IMG/VR virus record: IMGVR_UViG_3300022602_000070
Reading direction: 5' to 3' (one strand)
Length of the DNA stretch: 64,000 bases
Source of the DNA: an uncultured virus (IMG/VR IMGVR_UViG_3300022602_000070)
Taxonomy: Duplodnaviria; Heunggongvirae; Uroviricota; Caudoviricetes
Of this stretch, positions 20,059-29,081 are shown piece after piece (position 1 is the stretch's first letter; every line of letters starts with the position of its first letter). A program made the position numbers and the translations under genes. The notes under the pieces were generated by a model. That model did no database searches, was not told the DNA's origin, and was given only the letters and a program-made list of their open reading frames with translations.

Positions 20059-20862
20059 ATGACAACTTCACTATCGAGTTTAGTAGCACCTTCATTAGGT
20101 ACTGTCAGCTACTATAAACAAAATTCAGTAATAGCTGTTTATAATAGTAGTGTGGGTAACGGATTAAACGGCGGACAATGCTGTTTATGGACTGCGCCCG
20201 GACCAGGCTGGGTAATTTTTGAAATGTGGGGCGCCGGTGGTGATGGTGCAGGCGCAAGCTGTTGTGCTGGCCCAGGATGTGGTATGGGCGCAGGCAATTA
20301 TTCAAGAAAATATTTAACAGTATCAGCAGGATTGCAATTTACAGTATGTGCTGCCAGTTCAGGATGTTGCTGGTGTTGTAACTGCGGAAGCGGTGGTGCT
20401 CAACAATGTGCGGCATTTAATTATCCTAGTTATGTCTTATGTGCTAACAGTACATTAGTTGCTTGTGCCGCAGGCGGTAATCCAGGTACAGTTGTTTGCG
20501 GTAAAGGTAATCAACAATGTACAGGTGTTTGTGCTCCAGGCGGAATGTATGGTACAACATGTTGTGCTACTGGAGATTATACAGCTGGATCTTTTAACAG
20601 CAGTTTTAAAGATAGTAACTATTGTAACCAGTACATGTTTACATGGACTACTATGCCATTGAAAGGTACAGGAACATCATTATATGGATTTGACTATTGC
20701 AGTCCAGGTATCCAACACTGCGGACAATCATCATTTCCTAACCAAAATATTACAGCGTGGCCAGGCGGAGCTGGTGCTATGGGTAATGCGTGTGCAGGAT
20801 CTACACAGTTCTATGGACAAAACGGCGCTGGCGGCCTAGTATTAATCACTTATGGAACTTAA
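20059..20862 (+). CDS. Cys/Gly-rich adhesin-like protein 1
   Basis: AGGAG RBS; WTAP...FEMWGAGG.G, WPGGAG and GAGGLVLITY glycine-rich motifs; 23 Cys by my count. Confidence 0.6.
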   Translation: MTTSLSSLVAPSLGTVSYYKQNSVIAVYNSSVGNGLNGGQCCLWTAPGPGWVIFEMWGAGGDGAGASCCAGPGCGMGAGNYSRKYLTVSAGLQFTVCAASSGCCWCCNCGSGGAQQCAAFNYPSYVLCANSTLVACAAGGNPGTVVCGKGNQQCTGVCAPGGMYGTTCCATGDYTAGSFNSSFKDSNYCNQYMFTWTTMPLKGTGTSLYGFDYCSPGIQHCGQSSFPNQNITAWPGGAGAMGNACAGSTQFYGQNGAGGLVLITYGT

Positions 20863-20871
20863 AGGATAGAT

Positions 20872-21621
20872 ATGCCAGAAACTATTAAAATTACAAAAGA
20901 TTTCACATACGATATACCAGACAGTTATTTGGCTCAGACAAATACGCAAGGTAAAACAGCAACTTGGACTTATCAAGGTCCAAGCCGTATGTGGATACAT
21001 GCAGATACTGCAACAGGAAAAATTATGCCTACTCCTGTGTACTTAGACGAACATGAAGGCGAACTAATTGGCGATCCAGGTCCACACTTAAAGAAGATTC
21101 TTGTAGATGCGAATGTAGACACATTATTAGCGGCACTGATTCATGATGAAACTGATATTCATCATCCAGATTTTCCTAAGACACAAGAAACTTTGCCAGA
21201 CGGTCATGTACATATAATGCACGACCCACAAAGTCCAAGTCATACATATGAAACAAGTGAAATCACATATGATTTCACAAATAACAAGTGGAATACTCCT
21301 TTTCCTTGGAGAAAGCCGCATCAAACAATGGCAGATGTAATGCATGCTAGAAATTCTAGATTGAAACATTCAGATAATATCATGCATCAGTTAATTGCTC
21401 AAGGCAAAGACACTTCCGAATGGGTCGAGTACAGACAAAAATTACGCGATTATCCAGCACTTATGCAAGGAGTTGATCCTTGGAAATGGAAATTTCCAGA
21501 TGCTCCAGACGACCATGTAGTCAATAAAGTAGCTGAGGAGCATGTAGATCCTGCGTTTATCGCTCCTGCGGCACCAATTCCACCAGTGCCGGTTCAACCA
21601 AATAATGGAGCACCTCAATAA
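20872..21621 (+). CDS. Tail fibre assembly chaperone-like protein
   Basis: C-terminal RNSRLKHSD...EWVEYRQKLRDYP...WKFPDAP motif typical of phage tail assembly chaperones. Confidence 0.6.
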   Translation: MPETIKITKDFTYDIPDSYLAQTNTQGKTATWTYQGPSRMWIHADTATGKIMPTPVYLDEHEGELIGDPGPHLKKILVDANVDTLLAALIHDETDIHHPDFPKTQETLPDGHVHIMHDPQSPSHTYETSEITYDFTNNKWNTPFPWRKPHQTMADVMHARNSRLKHSDNIMHQLIAQGKDTSEWVEYRQKLRDYPALMQGVDPWKWKFPDAPDDHVVNKVAEEHVDPAFIAPAAPIPPVPVQPNNGAPQ

Positions 21622-22394
21622 TGACAACATCATTATCATCAATATTACCAGATTCAAGATGGAGTATTAATGCTCCAGCAACATTTACACAGTTATATGT
21701 TTATAATACAAACATAAACACAGCATACAATGGCGGTCAATGTTGTTTATGGACAGTGCCAGCCAACGTAAACCAAGCTAAATTTGAATTATGGGGCGGA
21801 GGTGGCGCAGGCGGTGGCGCATGCTGTTGCCAAATGCAAATGTGTAGTGGCGGTTCAGGCGACTATGTACGTAAAACTGTAAGGGTTATTCCTGGATGCC
21901 AAATTACAATTTGTGCTGGCGGAAGCACTTGCTGTACTACATGTTGTTGTGGACCTGGCGGTTTTAATAGCTTTGTCTGTTTAAGCGGTGGTACATATCC
22001 GATTAGCGTAACAGCTGGCGGCGGAGTTAGCGGCCAAACAAACTGTAGCAACTGGAATCAGTGCGAAGGTTACTATGCTGGATGCGGAAGTGCAGGCGGC
22101 AACAGTGGCGGCGACTTTGTTATGTGTGGCGGCTGGAATACATTCCATACATCACAACCAACCTGCGGTTACGATGGCTGGGGTTGGGTACCAGGTACAA
22201 CATACTGGACAACTGGTACTGCTATGACTAGAGATTATTGTCAAAATTATACCGGAGGCAATGCGTTAGGAAACGGCCAAGGACAAATTTCCTTCCCAGG
22301 AAGCGGTGGCGCTGGTGGAGCTAACTCTTACGGAAACGGTACTTGCTGGGGCGCATTTGGTCTTGGCGGCATGGTTTTGGTAACATTTAGATAA
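21621..22394 (+). CDS. Cys/Gly-rich adhesin-like protein 2
   Basis: NGGQCCLWTVP, FELWGGGGAGGGACCC, FPGSGGAGG, GLGGMVLVTF; 21 Cys by my count. Confidence 0.6.
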   Translation: MTTSLSSILPDSRWSINAPATFTQLYVYNTNINTAYNGGQCCLWTVPANVNQAKFELWGGGGAGGGACCCQMQMCSGGSGDYVRKTVRVIPGCQITICAGGSTCCTTCCCGPGGFNSFVCLSGGTYPISVTAGGGVSGQTNCSNWNQCEGYYAGCGSAGGNSGGDFVMCGGWNTFHTSQPTCGYDGWGWVPGTTYWTTGTAMTRDYCQNYTGGNALGNGQGQISFPGSGGAGGANSYGNGTCWGAFGLGGMVLVTFR

Positions 22395-22403
22395 GGATAA
22401 AAG

Positions 22404-23180
22404 ATGACAACAAGTTTAAAATCGATAGCATTCCAATATAGCGGAACTAATGCGCCATCAAATCCAACAGAATTTACAGTTTATAATTCAAGTTTTACTA
22501 CAGTAGCCAACGGTGGCACTTGTTGTAACTGGACTGCACCTGCAGGAACTACCTGGGTTACATTTGAAATCTGGGGCGGCGGAGCAAGCGGCAGTGGTTC
22601 TTGCTGTTGCGGTGGCGGCGGCTCTGGCGGAGCTGGCGGTTATGGTGTAAAAACTGTAACAGCATCAGCAACTGGCGGCCTAGCTGGCTGTTCTTATACA
22701 ATTTGTGCGGCAAGTAGCAGTAATATTTGCTGTAATACTAATGCTGGTTCTGGATATGCAAGTTATGTTAACGGATACGGATTAAGTAATTTCTGTGCAA
22801 ACGGTGGATATCCAACTTGCGGTACATGTTTCTTGTGGAACAGTTGTTATTTCTGTCGCTTCATTAACTACTGTTGTGCTAGCTCTAGTGCTACAGGTTG
22901 TGGATCTGTTTGCGGCGCTGATTTTTCATTATGCGCACCAAGCGGTGGATACATTGGACAAACAACTGGTGGTGGTTCACAAGGTGTTCAAGGATTAGGC
23001 GCTGCCGCTCCGATGACACGTTCTGGCCCATTTGCAGACGGATATTTTAACATGAGTTGCGGTAACGGATTTACCATTGAGTTTCCAGGCGGAGGTGGTG
23101 CAACATTGGGTTGTACTTATAACTGTCAGTGTTGTGGAATTGCCGGTGCCGGCGGACTAGTATCAGTAACATACGGATAA
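22404..23180 (+). CDS. Cys/Gly-rich adhesin-like protein 3
   Basis: NGGTCCNWTAP, FEIWGGGASGSGSCCC, FPGGGG, GAGGLVSVTY; 24 Cys by my count. Confidence 0.6.
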   Translation: MTTSLKSIAFQYSGTNAPSNPTEFTVYNSSFTTVANGGTCCNWTAPAGTTWVTFEIWGGGASGSGSCCCGGGGSGGAGGYGVKTVTASATGGLAGCSYTICAASSSNICCNTNAGSGYASYVNGYGLSNFCANGGYPTCGTCFLWNSCYFCRFINYCCASSSATGCGSVCGADFSLCAPSGGYIGQTTGGGSQGVQGLGAAAPMTRSGPFADGYFNMSCGNGFTIEFPGGGGATLGCTYNCQCCGIAGAGGLVSVTYG

Positions 23181-23185
23181 AATAA

Positions 23186-24346
23186 ATGGCAAATATATCA
23201 CAAACTTTTACATACGCGATTGCAGATGATTACTTAGCGCAAACAACTGCGCTGAATAAAACTGCTACTTGGACATATAACGGCCCTGATAAAATAGTGA
23301 CTTTTGTAGACACTGAATCAGGTCGTTGGTTAACTCACATTTATACAGAAGATCAAGCCGCAGACATTCCTACACCGCTAAATGCTACTCGTGTAGAAAT
23401 TGACTGTGTTGCTAATCCTTTATTAGCATGTTTATTGGGTGCAGACACCACTGGACATAATTTAGCATCTCACAGTGTTGAAGACTTACCAGATGGTACA
23501 GTTTATGCTAGATTAGATCCAACTCCACCGTTGCATACATATGATGTTACACAGTTAGAATTTAATTCAGCAACTGGTACATTTAATATGCCTCCTCCAT
23601 TCTTAAAGCCTTATACAAGTTGGCATGAATTAAGATTCTGGAGGAACTCATTGTTAGATGATTCCGATCATGTACTATTACCAGATACTCCGGCTCATGT
23701 AGTAGAAAAATGGACTACCTATAGAAATAAATTATTTAATTTGCCTCAAGTTCACGGTGCTGCCAGCAGTATTAAAACTACTATAAATTTATCTGCAACA
23801 TCTCCAATTAACACAGCAGGACAAGTTGTAATTGAAGTAGCCGATATTACTGGTGTTACAGTAGGTATGCACTTAGGCATGCAAGACCGAAAAGCAAGAA
23901 ATATTTTTGGACCACGAACAGAAGTAGTATCGATTAACAACAAACAAGTTACACTTACAGTTCCGTTGATGTTTACCCCTACTGCTGACAATAACGCAAT
24001 TTCATTTTTATCAGTTCCAACTACTCATCCATGGAAGATTCAATCATATGATGTGCCTGATGCTAATTTTAGAGAATCAACACTAGAATTTAATTTAACC
24101 GTAGATACTAGTGCATCTTCTCCAGTTAATACAGCAGGCCAAACAATTTTACAAGTAACAGATGTGTCTACTATTACACAATTAGGGTTACAAATTGTTG
24201 AAAGCACAAATACTGTATTTTCAAATGATACTCGTGTATTAAATATGGATGCAACTACTAAACAACTTACATTAAGTAAGCCAATTTTAGTTACGCCTGT
24301 AGGTGCAATTACTGTAACTATGAAACATATACATCAGTCTTATTAA
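23186..24346 (+). CDS. Tail fibre assembly chaperone-like protein with two extra modules (paralogue of 20872)
   Basis: FTYxIxDxYLAQT...KTATWTYxGP N-terminus shared with 20872; RNSLLDDSD...WTTYRNKLFNLP chaperone motif. Confidence 0.6.
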   Translation: MANISQTFTYAIADDYLAQTTALNKTATWTYNGPDKIVTFVDTESGRWLTHIYTEDQAADIPTPLNATRVEIDCVANPLLACLLGADTTGHNLASHSVEDLPDGTVYARLDPTPPLHTYDVTQLEFNSATGTFNMPPPFLKPYTSWHELRFWRNSLLDDSDHVLLPDTPAHVVEKWTTYRNKLFNLPQVHGAASSIKTTINLSATSPINTAGQVVIEVADITGVTVGMHLGMQDRKARNIFGPRTEVVSINNKQVTLTVPLMFTPTADNNAISFLSVPTTHPWKIQSYDVPDANFRESTLEFNLTVDTSASSPVNTAGQTILQVTDVSTITQLGLQIVESTNTVFSNDTRVLNMDATTKQLTLSKPILVTPVGAITVTMKHIHQSY

Positions 24347-24362
24347 ACATTAACTGAACAAT

Positions 24363-24390
24363 AAAAAAGGAGCTTTATGCTCCTTTTTTT
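24363..24390. terminator. Bidirectional intrinsic terminator
   Basis: AAAAAA-GGAGC-TTTAT-GCTCC-TTTTTTT between convergent genes. Confidence 0.85.
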
Positions 24391-26188
24391 AATTTGCTAC
24401 TTTGATTAGCTTACCATATTCTGGCAAATACAAGTATTCTATTTCACTATTAAACAATGTATGTACTGCATCATCTAATGTTTCTACTAGTGGATCACCA
24501 CCTAAATTAAAACTAGTATTGAATAAAATTGGAACTCCTGTACGATTATAGAACGCTTTAATTAAATCATAATAGTTTTTATTTTGCTCTTCTGTAACTG
24601 TTTGTATACGGCAAGTTCCATCCACGTGGATAATGCTTGGAATCTTTTCTTCAACACCTGGTTGGCAATTTACAGCATACATCATGTAAGGGCTATCTTC
24701 CATACCACGTAAATCAAACCAATCATGCACATAATCTTGCAAGATACTACCAGCAAATGGTCGGAAATATTCACGATGTTTAACTTCATTTACAAAATCT
24801 TTACCATCTTCGTAAGTTGGGTTAAACAAAATACTTCTGTTACCTAATGCTCTAGGACCGTTTTCACTGCGTCCTTGATAAAATGTAACAATTTGTTTGT
24901 TAAGTAACAGATCTACGATATCCTCGTTGGTAGCGTTTGTAATTTCGGCATCGTATTTCTTTACAACTTTGTCAAAATCGTCTTGTGTATACAAATATTC
25001 AAATCCTAAATACAATCCGTCTTTGCTATAATCGATATCACTGCGTGGATCAATACCTTTATAGAACATCAATGCCGCACCGATTGCAGTTCCTGCGTCA
25101 TTACTAATAGGTTCTACATAAATTTCAATGCCATCGTCTTTTAACTGATCTAAATAGTAGTAATTAGCCACACAGTTGAGTCCGTATCCTCCACTAATAA
25201 CTACTTTCTTATGGCCAGTTTTTTCACTAGCCATGCGAATTAATCTAACAACTTGTTCCTGTGTTTGTGTTTGGCAAGCATAAGCCAAATCTCTACGGTT
25301 ATCTAGTTGTGTAATATCTTCACCATTAGCTGACATTAGTTCGCTAAACAACATAGCATTAACTTTTGCACCATTTGGATAAGTGGGTACAATTAAATTC
25401 CTGTTGGCTAACGGGAATATAGTGGAATCGTCAAATAATTTTGGAATGTTATTGTTAGGTTTGCCGTATGGAAATAGTCCCATAGTCTTACCAGCTTCAA
25501 TACTAGACCAACCACAATATTCTGTAACAGCTTCATATACCTTAGTAATACCTGCACGGTCTGTAATTAGTGCTTCGTGCGACATATTTGGCTCGTCGTA
25601 ACTAGTGCTGTCAAAATTTGAAATAAATGCACCGGGATTAGGACCACGCAATCCAATATGCTTGTATACTGTGGTAAAATTATTAGGATATGAACAATCG
25701 TAAATACTTTCTGTTTCCCAGCCTGTAACACTTTCTCCATTTACATTTAATGGAAGGAATGTTCCTGCACCATCCACAATTAATGCGGCCGCTTCTGAAA
25801 AGCCTGAACGATAAAATGCACAAGCCGCATGTAATTTATGATGTATATGACTAAGGTCGACTACTTGCGGGTGATGTTGTGCATTTTCTTTTCTGGAAAT
25901 TAAACCTAATTTACGGGCAAGACCTGTATAAACGTCGTCTCCACTAAAGTCAACTCTACCAGCAGTATCTTGTAGTTTTTGTGTATGTGCAATTACAAGA
26001 TAGTCTAGTGTATCTGTATAATCTAAAATCTTAAGCATAGCGGCATATGGTCCGCCATCATACTTGTGTCTGCTTAACCGTTCTTCTTCGATACTAAACA
26101 CAATTTCTCCATTTTTAAGGAGACAAACACTACTATTATGTCCTCTAGCAACGCCGGCGATCCAAATATCTCTTTTTAAATTTTTCAT
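24389..26188 (-). CDS. Carbamoyltransferase (CmcH/NodU/TobZ family)
   Basis: GHNSS...EEERLSRHK, HHKLHA, DGAG, GKTMGL.PYG, GG.GLNCVAN, DAGTAIGAA, GPRALGNRSIL, KHREYFRPFA, NTSFN. Confidence 0.92.
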   Translation of the reverse strand: MKNLKRDIWIAGVARGHNSSVCLLKNGEIVFSIEEERLSRHKYDGGPYAAMLKILDYTDTLDYLVIAHTQKLQDTAGRVDFSGDDVYTGLARKLGLISRKENAQHHPQVVDLSHIHHKLHAACAFYRSGFSEAAALIVDGAGTFLPLNVNGESVTGWETESIYDCSYPNNFTTVYKHIGLRGPNPGAFISNFDSTSYDEPNMSHEALITDRAGITKVYEAVTEYCGWSSIEAGKTMGLFPYGKPNNNIPKLFDDSTIFPLANRNLIVPTYPNGAKVNAMLFSELMSANGEDITQLDNRRDLAYACQTQTQEQVVRLIRMASEKTGHKKVVISGGYGLNCVANYYYLDQLKDDGIEIYVEPISNDAGTAIGAALMFYKGIDPRSDIDYSKDGLYLGFEYLYTQDDFDKVVKKYDAEITNATNEDIVDLLLNKQIVTFYQGRSENGPRALGNRSILFNPTYEDGKDFVNEVKHREYFRPFAGSILQDYVHDWFDLRGMEDSPYMMYAVNCQPGVEEKIPSIIHVDGTCRIQTVTEEQNKNYYDLIKAFYNRTGVPILFNTSFNLGGDPLVETLDDAVHTLFNSEIEYLYLPEYGKLIKVAN

Positions 26189-26197
26189 CTTAGTTCC

Positions 26198-27124
26198 TTA
26201 AAATCCTACGTACTGTGTAGGCCAGTAAAAATCTTTAGCAGACTGCGGAAAATTTCCTCGTCTACTCATTAGTTGTATAAATGCAGCCTTGTCCGTTTTC
26301 ATTCTCATCTGCAATTCATTGACACTTTTTGTTAATTCTATAGTTTCTTGTTTCCACTTTTCAGACAGATTCAATTTACTTTCTAATTCCTGCTCAACCC
26401 ATAAAAAATGATGGCTAGTACTAGGGTGCGGATCTATGCCTGTGCCTTCTTCCTGGGTTTCAAATTCATAATACAAATCTGGATAGTCCTTACTAAATTT
26501 TTCTAAAGGAGTTAACCAATGATCCGCACGGTCTTCCCAAATTGGTTTTTCATATATCTTCAATGGTTTTGCAAATTCCCAACCTATATTTTTATTATTA
26601 CCAAACACTTCTCTTAAATTTACAGGACGTTCTCCATACTTGTCTTTAGGTCTTAAATCGTGCCCTAATTCACGTATGTCTCCGATACTGGTCATATACC
26701 AAGTGCATCCTGTAGATTCTAATAAACTTTGTGTCATGCTAATAAAATTCAAGGTATGCATAAAATATGCTACTTCACTGAAGAAATTATCAATCCACTT
26801 TTTATCATACAATTCAGAATTCAAATAATTAAAAATGCTACCACGAGTTTTCCAACCTGCTGGAACCATGTTACCATCCGGCCCTTTTTGAAATTCAACA
26901 TAATAGTCATTACGTAAATGCGTACTCCACTGCACAATTATAACATCGTCTGATGTAAAACTGTGTCTAATATTTGCTTCATTTACTCGTTCTGCAATAG
27001 CACGATTTCCCAAACCGCTTAACCCCCAGTTTTCGTAATAGTCAAATTCTTTACTAATTAAATTCGACCAAGTGGGCCATGCATAGCTGGTATAACTACA
27101 TCCAAATGTAAACAGTCTTTTCAT
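26198..27124 (-). CDS. SGNH/GDSL-hydrolase-like protein (possible esterase or acyltransferase)
   Basis: FTFGCSYT, NWGLSGLGN, IVQWS..R.D, C-terminal DPHPS. Confidence 0.55.
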   Translation of the reverse strand: MKRLFTFGCSYTSYAWPTWSNLISKEFDYYENWGLSGLGNRAIAERVNEANIRHSFTSDDVIIVQWSTHLRNDYYVEFQKGPDGNMVPAGWKTRGSIFNYLNSELYDKKWIDNFFSEVAYFMHTLNFISMTQSLLESTGCTWYMTSIGDIRELGHDLRPKDKYGERPVNLREVFGNNKNIGWEFAKPLKIYEKPIWEDRADHWLTPLEKFSKDYPDLYYEFETQEEGTGIDPHPSTSHHFLWVEQELESKLNLSEKWKQETIELTKSVNELQMRMKTDKAAFIQLMSRRGNFPQSAKDFYWPTQYVGF

Positions 27125-28032
27125 TATAAACCTTGTGGTAATTTACCTGGCCAAATATCGTCCGGCCAGTAATATTTTGATCTTTCCGGATGATGAAATT
27201 CACCATTCATACGGTCAGGATCGCTGAGATGCGATTCTTTGATATAGTCTAAACTGTCTAACCATTTAGATTGTGTGTCGGGTGGATCACCTAACCCCAA
27301 TGCAGGTCGTAATACAGTGTTTAACCAATAAGCATACTGACGTGGACTCGGGTGCGGATCTCTAACTTGCCGACGTGAGCCGGGATCAAACATTATCCAG
27401 TGTTTGTCAACACTAGTATCTTCAGTTGTATAAATTGGATCTAACCAATGATCTGCATGATCTTCCCATATAGGTTTAATATAAAAACTTAAATTAGGAA
27501 AATTATCTTTAAGATTTAATACTGGTACTGTATTGTTGTTAATTAAACTAGGTATGACTTCTGTAAAAAAACAATCTGTACCTAACCGTTGCCAGTCGCC
27601 GATGCTGGTCATATACCAAGTACAACCTGTGGATTTTAATAGTTCTTGAGCTAGAATCATGCTGTTCAAACTATGCATGATATATGATTGTTCATTAAAA
27701 CAAGTCTTAATCCAATACTCTGGATGTACGTCAGCATTGCCGCCAGCAAAAATACTCCCATAAGTTTTCCATTTGTCACGACGAAACGGTGTTGAAATTG
27801 GTGTGTGCCAGTCATGTCTAAGATGCGTGGTCCATTGCACAATAACAATATCATCTTTATTGATTTTGTTAACAGCGTGGCATTCTGCTATACGTTCAAC
27901 AATAGCTCTGCATCCTATTCCAGGATGCCCCCAATTATGACATTCGTCGAATTCTAATGCCAGTAAATCGGCCCAAGTGGGAAATCCTGCATAAAGTGTG
28001 TAGCTACATCCAAATGTAAACAATCTAGCCAT
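27124..28032 (-). CDS. SGNH/GDSL-hydrolase-like protein (paralogue of 26198..27124)
   Basis: FTFGCSYT, NWGHPGIG, IVQWT.HLR.D, STGCTWYMTSIGD shared with its neighbour, DPHPS. Confidence 0.55.
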   Translation of the reverse strand: MARLFTFGCSYTLYAGFPTWADLLALEFDECHNWGHPGIGCRAIVERIAECHAVNKINKDDIVIVQWTTHLRHDWHTPISTPFRRDKWKTYGSIFAGGNADVHPEYWIKTCFNEQSYIMHSLNSMILAQELLKSTGCTWYMTSIGDWQRLGTDCFFTEVIPSLINNNTVPVLNLKDNFPNLSFYIKPIWEDHADHWLDPIYTTEDTSVDKHWIMFDPGSRRQVRDPHPSPRQYAYWLNTVLRPALGLGDPPDTQSKWLDSLDYIKESHLSDPDRMNGEFHHPERSKYYWPDDIWPGKLPQGL

Positions 28033-28035
28033 TGT

Positions 28036-28983
28036 TTACCCCTGGGCAAATTTTTCTATACCTTTAACAACAGAATCAACAATGGCGTTTTCTACATCAG
28101 TATTCATACGCATAATACCGTCATTAACTCTATCAGCGACTTCGTCAACTGTGATTCGAATAGGACTGTAAACACGTCTTCCATCGCCCATATCTAGCAC
28201 ATCGAATTTTTCGTAATTAGGATAAGTTACGTTTACATCAAATGTAGAACCAATAACTACAGTAGCAGGAGTATCAACAGCATAGGCTAAATGTTGTCCT
28301 ACGCTATCACAACCTAGGAAGTAGTCTGCACGAGCAATAATGCCAGCCCACTGACGAATATTAACATTTTGTGGATGGGCAATCGGGTCTTTGCATCCGT
28401 GTTTAGTGAAATCGATGCCGAATTCGCTCATCATAATGATAGCGTATTTCTTTTGTAACTTCTTGACAATATTAATAATGTGTTCGGCTTCGAAACTTCT
28501 TCCAGAAGGGTCAAAAACAACACCTGGTTGGTTAACGGTTCCACGGCCAAATGGCTGAATTACAATAACTTTGTCTTTTTTAGTCTTTTCTTTAACTTCG
28601 TTAACTACTGACAGTCCTGAAAATAGCTCTTCGTTAGATAATCTAACAGTTGGTCTGGGCAGTTCTCTAACGCCTTTGTGGTTAATAGCAATGTCAAACG
28701 CCTGGGCTAAACTGCACTTTTGATTAAAGTATTCCCAAACACGGTATGGCTCTGGGCTTTCTAAGTCCATATTGATTAACTTATCTTCAAATAAGTTTTT
28801 ATGCCAGTGGTCATACACACGAGAATGCAGTAATGGATGCCCTTTAAACATGTCTGTTCCACCTTCGCAGACAATAATAAAGTCTTTACTAGTTTCTTCT
28901 GCGTATTTTTCCAAGGCTGGAATAGAGCAAACTACCCTACCAGCACCACCGTTAATAAAGAAAGCCTTGGCTCGTTCTGTCAT
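28036..28983 (-). CDS. GT9-like glycosyltransferase (heptosyltransferase-like GT-B fold)
   Basis: GGAGRVVCSIPA start, VIVIQPFG, FLGCDSVGQHLAYA..TPATVVIGST motif. Confidence 0.65.
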   Translation of the reverse strand: MTERAKAFFINGGAGRVVCSIPALEKYAEETSKDFIIVCEGGTDMFKGHPLLHSRVYDHWHKNLFEDKLINMDLESPEPYRVWEYFNQKCSLAQAFDIAINHKGVRELPRPTVRLSNEELFSGLSVVNEVKEKTKKDKVIVIQPFGRGTVNQPGVVFDPSGRSFEAEHIINIVKKLQKKYAIIMMSEFGIDFTKHGCKDPIAHPQNVNIRQWAGIIARADYFLGCDSVGQHLAYAVDTPATVVIGSTFDVNVTYPNYEKFDVLDMGDGRRVYSPIRITVDEVADRVNDGIMRMNTDVENAIVDSVVKGIEKFAQG

Positions 28984-29081
28984 GAATACCCCTATAATTA
29001 TAGTATGCTATAATTTAGCATATTTTTTCAAGAAACGCAATAGATTTGATACGAATAAATATATGATATTCTGGTAGACAC

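Noticed and set aside
20059..23180. Cys-rich proteins as RiPP precursors or selenoproteins
   Set aside because: About 260 aa with adhesin-like glycine motifs; no leader/core layout, radical SAM or YcaO enzyme nearby, and no in-frame TGA
4079..24346. Diversity-generating retroelement or invertase shufflon acting on the fibres
   Set aside because: No reverse transcriptase or site-specific recombinase in the window; I saw no template/variable repeat pair with adenine-specific mismatches and no inverted crossover sites
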